A stretch of 64,000 nucleotides of DNA from IMG/VR virus record IMGVR_UViG_3300030380_005901, positions 32,001-96,000 of that record; one strand, written 5' to 3'. Origin of the DNA: a virus. A program made the translations under genes and the position numbers. Below the pieces are notes generated by a model, which saw only the letters and a list, made by a program, of their open reading frames with translations, was not told the DNA's origin and did no database searches. Below are positions 28,850 to 38,104 of the stretch, in pieces. Numbering within the stretch: the stretch's first letter is position 1; each line of letters begins with the position of its first letter.

Positions 28850-30142
28850 TTAATTATTCCTAAACAAATAAAAAGTATCGGAATAATTACCATCTTCTTG
28901 TGTAATTGTTTCTTCATTTTCATATCCATCGTACCCCGCTAACCAATGTCCTAACCCATCATCACTGACTGCACCTTCCATAACCTTATCTTTATCAATG
29001 TCTATATAACCGTACTCATATGCTTCAGAAATTTCCATACTCCCATAATCTAAAAAACTGTCTATATCATCTACGAATTCTTCTGTTCTATTGGCAGTTA
29101 CTTCTTCAATATACATTTCAATAAGACTTTCACCACTATATTTTTCTAATAGGGTTTTACTTTCTTCTAAATTGGTTTGTAGCTTATCTAATTCTCTATA
29201 AGATTCCTCCAAATATGTTTCCAATTCGTCAAAAATTCGTTTGTAATTATTATAGGTACTTTGTAACTCCTCAATCTCTTCACTATATTCCATATCCCTA
29301 TAGTTAGTTTCGTCATCACTATAATAATCTAATCTTTCAATATCTTTTTCTAATACTATTAATTCTGACTCAACATTGTCTTTTTTAAACTCTTTCTCTT
29401 GAATTTCTAATGATAGTTTTTTTATCTCCTCTTTATATAATTTAGTGTCATCCTCTGCACCTTCATATTCATTCCACTCCTCACTATTATAACCAAACAA
29501 TTCCTCTCTTAATTCATCTTCATCGTAATCTCTCACCCTTTCTTCTGTCCCTTCTCTTACATATAACTCTATTTCCCTTTCATCTGGTTGTACGTAATCC
29601 ATTAACCATTCTTGATTTAATGCATCATATCCTTCACTTTGAATTATATCATACACTCTAGTTTGTGCTGCGTTCCACGCTTCATCATAATCTCTAGCAA
29701 TTTGATAAGTTTCATAACCACCTCTAGCAACATCAAAAATTCTATACTCTGGTAGATAAGTGTTATAATAATCCCTTATATCTCCTTTATAAACTTCAAC
29801 AACAAATGTCTCTGGTATTCCTTTAAATTCTGACAATACTTTAATATAATCATTACTAGCAGTAGTATCTAACTCTACTACCTTATCCATATCTAAGAAA
29901 CCTCTTTTATGTTTACGTGCAGAAGGTGCATTTAACATATATAAATTAATTAATCTAACTTGTGTTTCTAAATCATCTATCGCCAATGTATCTTTTAAAA
30001 ATTTATATATTAGTTTATCAGTATTTTGACTAATTCCTTTATCATACATAAACTGTAATAACTTTCTATCTACGGGAGTTAGTTCAGTATACGTTACGTT
30101 ACTGTCATTAGATTCTGATATGAGGTTATATAGTTTCATCAT
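28850..30142 (-). CDS. Shared-N-domain family: acidic protein with coiled-coil insert
   Basis: MKLYNLISE leader; C-terminal LAGYDG.E.E..Y.FR; paralog of 34498 and 35663. Confidence 0.7.
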   Translation of the reverse strand: MMKLYNLISESNDSNVTYTELTPVDRKLLQFMYDKGISQNTDKLIYKFLKDTLAIDDLETQVRLINLYMLNAPSARKHKRGFLDMDKVVELDTTASNDYIKVLSEFKGIPETFVVEVYKGDIRDYYNTYLPEYRIFDVARGGYETYQIARDYDEAWNAAQTRVYDIIQSEGYDALNQEWLMDYVQPDEREIELYVREGTEERVRDYDEDELREELFGYNSEEWNEYEGAEDDTKLYKEEIKKLSLEIQEKEFKKDNVESELIVLEKDIERLDYYSDDETNYRDMEYSEEIEELQSTYNNYKRIFDELETYLEESYRELDKLQTNLEESKTLLEKYSGESLIEMYIEEVTANRTEEFVDDIDSFLDYGSMEISEAYEYGYIDIDKDKVMEGAVSDDGLGHWLAGYDGYENEETITQEDGNYSDTFYLFRNN

Positions 30143-31161
30143 CTTAATACTGATTTAAATGGGTGATTTGTTTGACCGAATCTCCACTCCTCCATTTCAT
30201 TTCTAAGAGTATTCTCTCCAAAATATTTAATTTTATCCGCCTGTTCATATAAAGGACTCTCATAACTATCATTATCTGGATTATATTCATCTTGTTCGGT
30301 ATCAAAAACTTCATCACTTAGGACAATTACCCCTTCATCGTTTTCAATCTTATCTTTCCAATCAGTATAACTCTCAGTGTAGTAATTACGTATTTGTGTA
30401 CCCGGAGATGGTAATTTTACTGGTGATATTAATTTAATTAGCATTTCATTAATTTCTTTATAATACATAGTTTCACATATCTCTGTGTCTCCACCACACC
30501 AATGACAATCTTCATCAGATCTACCATCACCATGACATTCATCACATTCTACTTCTTCGTATCCATCACCATTACATTCGTCACATTGTTCTTCTTCTCC
30601 TTCATCATCTCTAAAACTTCCTTCACCGTCACAATACCCACATTCTAATCTTTGTTCTCCTTCACCATCACAATACCCACAATCTTCATCTTCATATCCA
30701 CTACCACCACATTCTTCACAAGTCTCACATTCTTCCTCTTCTTGATCACTTACATAGTCATCATAATAATGAATATCATAAAAGTAATAATCATACGGTT
30801 CTAAAATAGGATCTGTCATCCAATCTTTAACCTTTAAATTAGTTGCCAAAAGAAATGCTAATTCATTTATTTTATCTTCATCTAAAAATAACGAATCTTT
30901 CATAAATTGATAGATATTATTATATGGTAAATCTCTATTCTTTTCTTCATCATTACCTTTGAAATACCTATTGAAAAATATATGTCTTTTACTACTCCAA
31001 CCCCACTTAGATGCTGCACCTCTAAAATAATCAAAATCAAACTTTTGTGAAATTATGTTCATTAACTTTCTATTAATTAGAGTATCTAATTTTGGTGCGG
31101 TGTAATTATCTTTTCTAAAGTTTGCACCGTATTCTTCCATTATGTTAATAAACTTTATCAT
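30139..31161 (-). CDS. Shared-N-domain family: acidic protein with six CxxCxGxG-type repeats
   Basis: CEECGGSG, CGYCDGEG x2, CDECNGDG, CDECHGDG, CHWCGG. Confidence 0.75.
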   Translation of the reverse strand: MIKFINIMEEYGANFRKDNYTAPKLDTLINRKLMNIISQKFDFDYFRGAASKWGWSSKRHIFFNRYFKGNDEEKNRDLPYNNIYQFMKDSLFLDEDKINELAFLLATNLKVKDWMTDPILEPYDYYFYDIHYYDDYVSDQEEEECETCEECGGSGYEDEDCGYCDGEGEQRLECGYCDGEGSFRDDEGEEEQCDECNGDGYEEVECDECHGDGRSDEDCHWCGGDTEICETMYYKEINEMLIKLISPVKLPSPGTQIRNYYTESYTDWKDKIENDEGVIVLSDEVFDTEQDEYNPDNDSYESPLYEQADKIKYFGENTLRNEMEEWRFGQTNHPFKSVLR

Positions 31162-31970
31162 TATCTATGTTCAATTAAATTTCTAAAATACGTTCTAAAT
31201 CTTATATTGTCAAAACTTATATCGCCTTGTGGATAATACACACTAATTTTTCCTTCCTTATCTTCTAAATTATCTATTTCAAAACTAGAATCTGTGTCTT
31301 CCCATCTTTCATACATTGTTATTAAAAGACCACTATTTTCATAATACCACTTTTCAAAGCTTTCCCATTCTCCAGTTTCACTTTTTAAAGGTTTATCTAA
31401 ATTAGGTTCGTTACTGTAAAATATTATTGTATCATCTGTTAGATGATATTCATCCTCAGTATAGTAATCAACACCAGATCCTTCACAATACTGACAATCA
31501 TCTTCTAATTCTCCACCACCACCACAGTCTTCGCACTCTACATTACCTTCACCATAATCATATTCTCCCGAACCCTGACAAGTTTGGCAGTCATTATTTT
31601 GTGTACCCATTCCATCACAATCTCCACACTCACCATCTAACTCCACTTGTTCTTCTTGTATTTCACCATAGTGACCTACTTCATACACATAAAACGTTTC
31701 ATCTGTTTTTATAGAATCAGTTAAATAATCTATCGGTCCATTTAAAAATATTATCCAACATAACTCTGAAATTTTTTGGTAATCTAATACCAATGTCTCT
31801 TCCATAAATTTAACAATACCTTTTTCTTCTATCTGCTCAATTATTGGGTTGGATAGATCACCATATCTAATATTTAAATCAAACTTTTCTGCAACTATAT
31901 TTAATAGTTTTCTATTAACTAGTGTATCTAAATCTTCGGATTCTTTTAGTATGTCTTTGAATCTAATCAT
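31161..31970 (-). CDS. Shared-N-domain family: acidic protein with four CxxCxGxG repeats
   Basis: CGDCDGMG, CQTCQGSG, CEDCGGGG, CQYCEGSG. Confidence 0.75.
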   Translation of the reverse strand: MIRFKDILKESEDLDTLVNRKLLNIVAEKFDLNIRYGDLSNPIIEQIEEKGIVKFMEETLVLDYQKISELCWIIFLNGPIDYLTDSIKTDETFYVYEVGHYGEIQEEQVELDGECGDCDGMGTQNNDCQTCQGSGEYDYGEGNVECEDCGGGGELEDDCQYCEGSGVDYYTEDEYHLTDDTIIFYSNEPNLDKPLKSETGEWESFEKWYYENSGLLITMYERWEDTDSSFEIDNLEDKEGKISVYYPQGDISFDNIRFRTYFRNLIEHR

Positions 31971-31986
31971 ATACTAATAAATATGA

Positions 31987-32778
31987 TTAAGAATAGATTT
32001 CTCTCACTTTTCCTTTAATGATAATTTCTTCGTCTACAGGTTTCCAATCGGTAATAAGGTTGGAGTTATATGGTTTACCATCTTTAGGTATTGCAATAGT
32101 AATATGTGGGATTTTATTATTAGTATGATAACCGTCTACTTTTACGGCAATTGCATCTTCTGAAACACCAATCTCTTTAACTGTTAATTGTACTGTCTTA
32201 CCTATATCATCTCTTAAGTGTTGTGGTACTGGTTGTTTAAAACCCATAGTCATATGGTGAGCAATCTTTTTCCAATTTAATGGTATATCCACATAATTAT
32301 CAACAAACATAATTAAGTTATCTTGATCATCATCGTCTAACACAACCGCAGAATATAACAGATTACCTGTAGATTCATTTAATTCTTCTACCTCATCTTC
32401 TTCAGTAGTATGACTTTTAGGCATAATACTTATATTCCATTTATTTAATACCTTTTCTAAAGCAATAGGTAATGCCATAGATACTGCACCTAACCCCATC
32501 AATGCCACTATACGAGCTAAATCTTTAGATTGGGATTTAAGAAATTTTTTATCTTCTTCAGTTACATCTTTTTTATTAATAATTTTTGCTAGTATCTTTG
32601 CTGCTTCAGTAGTTTCTTTACCTTCTCTTCTTGCACCATTAACAAATTCAGCCCAAGATTTTCTTAAATCTTCTAACTTGCCCTCAAATAAAAATTTAGG
32701 TTGCTTACTTTCTTTGATTGATTTAATTTTTTTCTTAATCAATCTTTTTCCTGATTTAATAATGTGCTTCTTCTTCAT
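31987..32778 (-). CDS. Fusion protein with C-terminal 2H phosphoesterase (cyclic phosphodiesterase-like)
   Basis: YSAVVLD, HHMTM and PHITIA (two HxT motifs) after an ELNES linker. Confidence 0.75.
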   Translation of the reverse strand: MKKKHIIKSGKRLIKKKIKSIKESKQPKFLFEGKLEDLRKSWAEFVNGARREGKETTEAAKILAKIINKKDVTEEDKKFLKSQSKDLARIVALMGLGAVSMALPIALEKVLNKWNISIMPKSHTTEEDEVEELNESTGNLLYSAVVLDDDDQDNLIMFVDNYVDIPLNWKKIAHHMTMGFKQPVPQHLRDDIGKTVQLTVKEIGVSEDAIAVKVDGYHTNNKIPHITIAIPKDGKPYNSNLITDWKPVDEEIIIKGKVREIYS

Positions 32779-32819
32779 ATACGAATAAATATCTTAATAC
32801 AATAAAAAAGATATTAAAT

Positions 32820-34367
32820 TTATTCCACAATAGTTTTCTCTACATCACCGTTGTCCCACATTATTATTACAAAACCTTTAGTATTTTCATCTACTTCTTG
32901 TCCCATCTGATTATATATTTTAACTATCTCTTTTCTTTCTCCCTTAATTGTTACTGCAATGGGTGAAAATGTTTCATACATACCATCATAATCTGTTTGA
33001 GTTAATCTATAATAATTATGTCCAATTATAGGTCTTTCATCATATGTAGTGTAAGACATTAATTGATTGGAGTTTCCAGCACCTAATACAGTAGATATAG
33101 TTTCCCAATTATAACCATTATAAGATTTTTCTATGGTATAATAATCATTATTTAACTGAGAAGCTACAACCCAGTCTAGTTTAATGTTAGTTCCATCATA
33201 CTCACCAGTAAAACTTACTAATTCAATTGGTAGTGCGCTACCTTGTTCCCTTACTAGAATATTATCTATAGTTAATCCATAATCATAATGTGCAATATAT
33301 TCAAATCTTAAACTATAACTATTACCTGCAGTTACTGATTTAGTCTGAGAATAAGTACAATCATCACAATCTGTTGTTGTATTTATTAATGTGTGTTCTA
33401 TCGAAGAAGATGTCTCATTATATAAAATTGCTTTAAAACTATCATCTCCATCGTAATCTTCGTACCCATAATTAAAACTTATTTCTACTTCATCTTTCGT
33501 TGGTGAAATATTTTTAATTATTAAATCATTGTCTTGTACACAACTTGAACTACCATAATCTATTCTTGCTCTATTACCTGAACATCCACTACAACTAGAT
33601 CCTGTAGCGTCTGAAGTACTTATTACCCACGTATCTGAAGTAGTACAATTAGAACTATTATCTATCTGATATGGATTACCGGAAGATGAAGTTGTTATTG
33701 CATTTCCATCTACTAAACTACTAAAGTCTTGACTTGCTATAGTAATTAAACCAGCACCACCACCAGATGATGCAGTTACTACTACCTCATCAATTGAGTT
33801 ATCACATTGCCAAACATCTCCACTTGCCGCAGTAGTACTTTCAAACGCTAATTGTACATAAGAATATCCTACGTAACTATCTAAATCAACTGTTGCTTGT
33901 TGCCAACCATTATGTGATGTTGTAACAGTCCAAGGATAGTGCATTGTACCTCCTGATGATGAATTTCCTTTATATATTTTAAGTCTTAATGTACCCGGAC
34001 CATATCCAGAAGAGGCATAAATATGATAATAAAATGTAACACTTGCAGTTGTTTTATTAGTCAAATCATAAGTACAATATATTCTAGCCGTTTCACTATT
34101 TGTTCTAGGACTCGATGTTTCTGTAAAAACATATCCTGTGGTGCTATTTGCACCATTTGAGGATTGAGGTCCTGTACCTGCTGATGGTGTTCCTGATGAT
34201 GTTCTTGTCCAATCAAAATCATCTGTTCCAGATTGTGCCCAATCTCCAAAATCTGATGCGAATGTCGATGTATGTGGGTATGATGTTATTTGTGTTATTG
34301 CATGTGTTGAGAATATCATCATAACTAATGTTACGATAATATATTTTATATATTTATACTTTTCCAT
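32820..34367 (-). CDS. Secreted MAM-domain protein with Bacteroidota LPIELxxF Ig-like domain and short T9SS-like C-terminus
   Basis: Signal peptide; DFDWTR.S.GTPS.GTGP; ALPIELVSFTG..YYRLTQTDYDG; IYNQMGQEV. Confidence 0.8.
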   Translation of the reverse strand: MEKYKYIKYIIVTLVMMIFSTHAITQITSYPHTSTFASDFGDWAQSGTDDFDWTRTSSGTPSAGTGPQSSNGANSTTGYVFTETSSPRTNSETARIYCTYDLTNKTTASVTFYYHIYASSGYGPGTLRLKIYKGNSSSGGTMHYPWTVTTSHNGWQQATVDLDSYVGYSYVQLAFESTTAASGDVWQCDNSIDEVVVTASSGGGAGLITIASQDFSSLVDGNAITTSSSGNPYQIDNSSNCTTSDTWVISTSDATGSSCSGCSGNRARIDYGSSSCVQDNDLIIKNISPTKDEVEISFNYGYEDYDGDDSFKAILYNETSSSIEHTLINTTTDCDDCTYSQTKSVTAGNSYSLRFEYIAHYDYGLTIDNILVREQGSALPIELVSFTGEYDGTNIKLDWVVASQLNNDYYTIEKSYNGYNWETISTVLGAGNSNQLMSYTTYDERPIIGHNYYRLTQTDYDGMYETFSPIAVTIKGERKEIVKIYNQMGQEVDENTKGFVIIMWDNGDVEKTIVE

Positions 34368-34497
34368 AATACTTTTTTTTTAATATCTATGCGAAATAGA
34401 TACCTTCTATTTAATAAATATAGGTAAAAGTTATCAAAATGTAAATAAACGGTATAATTATGGGATTAAATGAGCGTTTTGGTGGATAGAATTACAA

Positions 34498-35661
34498 TTA
34501 ATCGGTTCTAATTATGAGATAAAGGACTCCATTCATATTTATTTCATCGTAGTTGCCATCATAACTAGCTAAGGCTTCATAACCTTCATCATCTTTAATT
34601 GATTCTCTGAGACTATCTTCATCCAACCAGAAAAAACTATCTATAGCACTTTCTCTATCAAAACCTAGATTATCAACAAAATAACTAACACCATCACTTC
34701 TAATTTCATCCACAGTATTTTGGGTATAATTTTCTCTTAACTCATCTTTGGCTTGTTCTACAAATTCTCCTTGATAAATTTCTTGTAGGTTTTCCATCTC
34801 AGTTTCTAAGTCATCTAACTCACTTTGTAAATCATTAATCTCTTCTTGTTTCAAATCTATCTCCTCTTCTAATCTATTGTACTCATCTTCATCTTCTTCA
34901 TAATCCAAGTCCTCTTGTTCTGATTCTAACTCCTCTTTTTCCGACTCTAAGTCATTCATACGTTCTTCGATATCATCTTTTTCACTGTCTTTTTCTTCCC
35001 ATTGCTCTTTGGCATCATCCATATCATCATAACCAGCTTCTTCTAATATCTCTTCATCTGTCATATCACTTAATCTATTATCCGCCTCTTCTTCCGCAAA
35101 TTGTTCAATGGCGGAATCGTTTGGTTCTAAATGATTTTCCAAATACCAATCTTCCATATATTCAACACCATCATCTATTCTACTTTGTGCGTAATCATTC
35201 ATTGCGTCATCCATCTCATCTTCATCACCTATTGCATATGTTCCACCATCATCTTCGTTTTCATACTGATCTAAACCATAGTGACTATAACCACCCTCTT
35301 CCATTAAAAATGGTGGTAAGTCAAAATATTCTGCTAGTGCTAATTGTTTGTCATCAAATTCAGAGTTAATCTTTTCCATATCTAAATCAACCTTTTCTAA
35401 ATCATCGTAGGTTTCTCCCTCATCCTCATCCACAAGTTGTTCCATATAAAGATATGTTAATCTCATTTTAAGTTCCATATCCTCAATATATAATGTATCA
35501 GTTAAGAACCTCCAAATCTCTGCACCATCAGACCAATCCACATCTTTATCTGCCATTAATTGGAGAAATCTCTTATCTATTGGAGTAAGAGTAATTAATG
35601 TAGGTTCTTGCGTTTCCTTTTGTTCTTCTTCTACTTGTTCGTATAGTTTAAATAATTTCAT
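34498..35661 (-). CDS. Shared-N-domain family: extremely acidic protein with coiled-coil insert
   Basis: LTPIDKRFLQLM; ALAEYFDLP; LASYDG..DE..YLIIR. Confidence 0.7.
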   Translation of the reverse strand: MKLFKLYEQVEEEQKETQEPTLITLTPIDKRFLQLMADKDVDWSDGAEIWRFLTDTLYIEDMELKMRLTYLYMEQLVDEDEGETYDDLEKVDLDMEKINSEFDDKQLALAEYFDLPPFLMEEGGYSHYGLDQYENEDDGGTYAIGDEDEMDDAMNDYAQSRIDDGVEYMEDWYLENHLEPNDSAIEQFAEEEADNRLSDMTDEEILEEAGYDDMDDAKEQWEEKDSEKDDIEERMNDLESEKEELESEQEDLDYEEDEDEYNRLEEEIDLKQEEINDLQSELDDLETEMENLQEIYQGEFVEQAKDELRENYTQNTVDEIRSDGVSYFVDNLGFDRESAIDSFFWLDEDSLRESIKDDEGYEALASYDGNYDEINMNGVLYLIIRTD

Positions 35662-35662
35662 C

Positions 35663-36769
35663 TTAATAATCTATCTGTATTATATAATAAGTATCACCAT
35701 CTATCGTTTCCGTATCATAATAGTCGTCTATGTTACTTAGTTCACCTGCCCTATCGAGCTCAGTCTGATCTTCAATAAACCCTTCTCTATCGAAATTTAA
35801 CCACTTTGGTAGTTTACTAACATCTACTTCCTTCCACTTATTTAAATAGGGTTCAGTGAATTCATAATTACCCCACTTTTGATCTTGTGTTATATAACCA
35901 TGATCAATTAACCAATCACCAATGTAGTTAGCCATTTTATTGTATTCATCATTATATATTAATTCTCTTAATCTTTCCCTTAGAGAATCCTCTATTTGGT
36001 CCATTTCTATTTTTTTAGGGATACCACTATTCATTGGATCATCTACATTCTGTGCTAACTGATAAAATCTTTTAATTAGTTTTATAACTTCATCGCTATT
36101 ATCATAATCCTTTATCATACTAATTATTTTAACAATACCATTATCTGATTCTATAGATTCTGCATATTCACCTGCAATAATTCTTTTATCTGCATCATCT
36201 ATATATAAATAACTTATTAATCCATTCACTGTACCTTCGAATTGGGCTGCCTCCTGAAAGTTATAGTATCTATCTTGTAATGAATCATTTATTGCTCTCA
36301 ATGTTTCATCTTCAGTACCTACTTCATAATGATTATCATTTACTATATCATAAAAAACTGACATGTCTCTATCCCAAGTTTCTTTCATATCTATAACCAG
36401 TATAGGTGGTAGATTTAAATTATTTGCAACTGCCTGATGGTGGTAATTAGGACCGGGTATTATATTTTCTCCTTGTGTTGTTAGTTTATTATACTCTCCG
36501 TCTTCTTGAAAGTTATTTATAAATAATTTTATATAATACTCTATTTGTTTTGGATCATCAAACCCCATTATATTTTTTAAAAAATCATATATACGGAGTA
36601 AAAAAATTTCATCTAAATTTCTTAATTCTTCTATTATATCATAATTTAATTTAGGATCATCAGCATGTTCTTCCCATACCTTATCATGAATAATGGTTAA
36701 TATTTTTTTGTCTACCTTACTTAATTCAGTATTTTCAGATTCAATTATATAGTCTCTTAATTTATACAA
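35663..36769 (-). CDS. Shared-N-domain family: acidic protein
   Basis: TTG start; LSKVDKKILTII; YEVGTEDE; DGDTYYIIQ. Confidence 0.7.
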   Translation of the reverse strand: MYKLRDYIIESENTELSKVDKKILTIIHDKVWEEHADDPKLNYDIIEELRNLDEIFLLRIYDFLKNIMGFDDPKQIEYYIKLFINNFQEDGEYNKLTTQGENIIPGPNYHHQAVANNLNLPPILVIDMKETWDRDMSVFYDIVNDNHYEVGTEDETLRAINDSLQDRYYNFQEAAQFEGTVNGLISYLYIDDADKRIIAGEYAESIESDNGIVKIISMIKDYDNSDEVIKLIKRFYQLAQNVDDPMNSGIPKKIEMDQIEDSLRERLRELIYNDEYNKMANYIGDWLIDHGYITQDQKWGNYEFTEPYLNKWKEVDVSKLPKWLNFDREGFIEDQTELDRAGELSNIDDYYDTETIDGDTYYIIQIDY

Positions 36770-36801
36770 AATATTTTTTTATATAAATATATAAAAATTT
36801 A

Positions 36802-37053
36802 CTATAAAGATACGTTTAATGTCGCTTTTATTGAATTTTCTTCAGATTGTTCATTTACTACTAACCATATAGCTTGATGATTACCAACATAATGTATAAT
36901 ATCGGAAACTATATATATGATATTTTCGTCAAAATAAATCTTTTCTCCAACGACAGGAATTTTTTTTATTTTAATATTATCTTTAATTACATTGAATTCT
37001 TTATCTACTACTTTAACTACTAAAGATTTCTTAAATATATTAAAAATTTTCAT
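36802..37053 (-). CDS. Hypothetical protein
   Basis: ORF behind a TATATTTG element; start chosen at MKIFN. Confidence 0.55.
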   Translation of the reverse strand: MKIFNIFKKSLVVKVVDKEFNVIKDNIKIKKIPVVGEKIYFDENIIYIVSDIIHYVGNHQAIWLVVNEQSEENSIKATLNVSL

Positions 37054-37119
37054 ATTTTTGTTGATATTTATACAAATATACTTTATTATTACCAAAAAAG
37101 AAATATAATTGTAAAGAAG

Positions 37120-37311
37120 ATGTTAAAAGTAAACGTAAAAAAAGGAAATATAGAGAGGGCACTTAAAGAAATGAAAAGTAAATTCATTAAAACTAAGGTT
37201 GCTAGAGAATGTAGAAAGAGAGAAGAGTTTACTAAACCATCTGTAATAAGAAGAGCAGAAATAGGTAAAGCACAGTATGTACAAAAGAAAAGAACTGAAG
37301 AAGATATCTAA
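37120..37311 (+). CDS. rpsU: Ribosomal protein bS21
   Basis: NIERALK..K.K, R.REEFTKPSV.RR, KAQY.Q. Confidence 0.9.
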   Translation: MLKVNVKKGNIERALKEMKSKFIKTKVARECRKREEFTKPSVIRRAEIGKAQYVQKKRTEEDI

Positions 37312-37816
37312 TGTATTAGATAAAGAAATTGTAAATTTAATCAACGAACAGATCTGGTTAGAAAATAACGCATCATTCTATTATTTATACTTATCCACAC
37401 AATTTAGTATTAACGGGTATTCTGGTATATCTAAATTCTTTTTAGATCAATCTGATGAAGAAAGAGAACATATGTTAAAATTAGTTGAGTATTTATTAGA
37501 TGAAGATGTTACACCACAAATACCTAACTATAATTACTTAGAAGATTTAGATGAAAAATTTAATATATTAAGTCATTTTGAAAATTCTTTAATGAATGAG
37601 AAGCGAGTGAGTAGCTCTATTAATGATATAGTATCTAAGTGTAAAGAAAAAGGAGATATTAAAACTGAAAACTTTATGCAATGGTTTGTTATCGAGCAAA
37701 GAGAAGAAGAAAATAAATTTAAGTCTATTATTGATGATATTAAAATAATTGGAGATAGTGGTAGTGGTTTATATGAACTTAATAAAGAATTAGGTTCACT
37801 TACTGAAGAAGAGTAA
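37277..37816 (+). CDS. ftnA: Non-heme ferritin
   Basis: NEQI.LE..AS..Y, QS.EEREH, FMQWFV.EQ.EEE ferroxidase residues. Confidence 0.9.
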   Translation: MYKRKELKKISNVLDKEIVNLINEQIWLENNASFYYLYLSTQFSINGYSGISKFFLDQSDEEREHMLKLVEYLLDEDVTPQIPNYNYLEDLDEKFNILSHFENSLMNEKRVSSSINDIVSKCKEKGDIKTENFMQWFVIEQREEENKFKSIIDDIKIIGDSGSGLYELNKELGSLTEEE

Positions 37817-38014
37817 TTATTCTATTATAACGTATATCCAAACGACACCGTAAGAAATTACAAATTTAATTTCCCCAAAAAATCCCCTTTTGTTAGATAT
37901 ATCTCTATATTTATCGTAGTACATATCAAAGTTATCTTCAAATTCTTTGACTGTATGTTTCCCTAAGAACAATAAACTACTCTCATTTCCATATTCATCA
38001 CTATATATAGGCAT
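37817..38014 (-). CDS. Hypothetical protein
   Basis: ORF with TATTTAT upstream. Confidence 0.5.
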   Translation of the reverse strand: MPIYSDEYGNESSLLFLGKHTVKEFEDNFDMYYDKYRDISNKRGFFGEIKFVISYGVVWIYVIIE

Positions 38015-38104
38015 ATTTATCTTTTACTATAAATATCTGAAAATAATAATATGTTCTACTAGATTTGTTTAAACTTTAGAAAAAAAAGTTAAACATTTAA
38101 TTTA

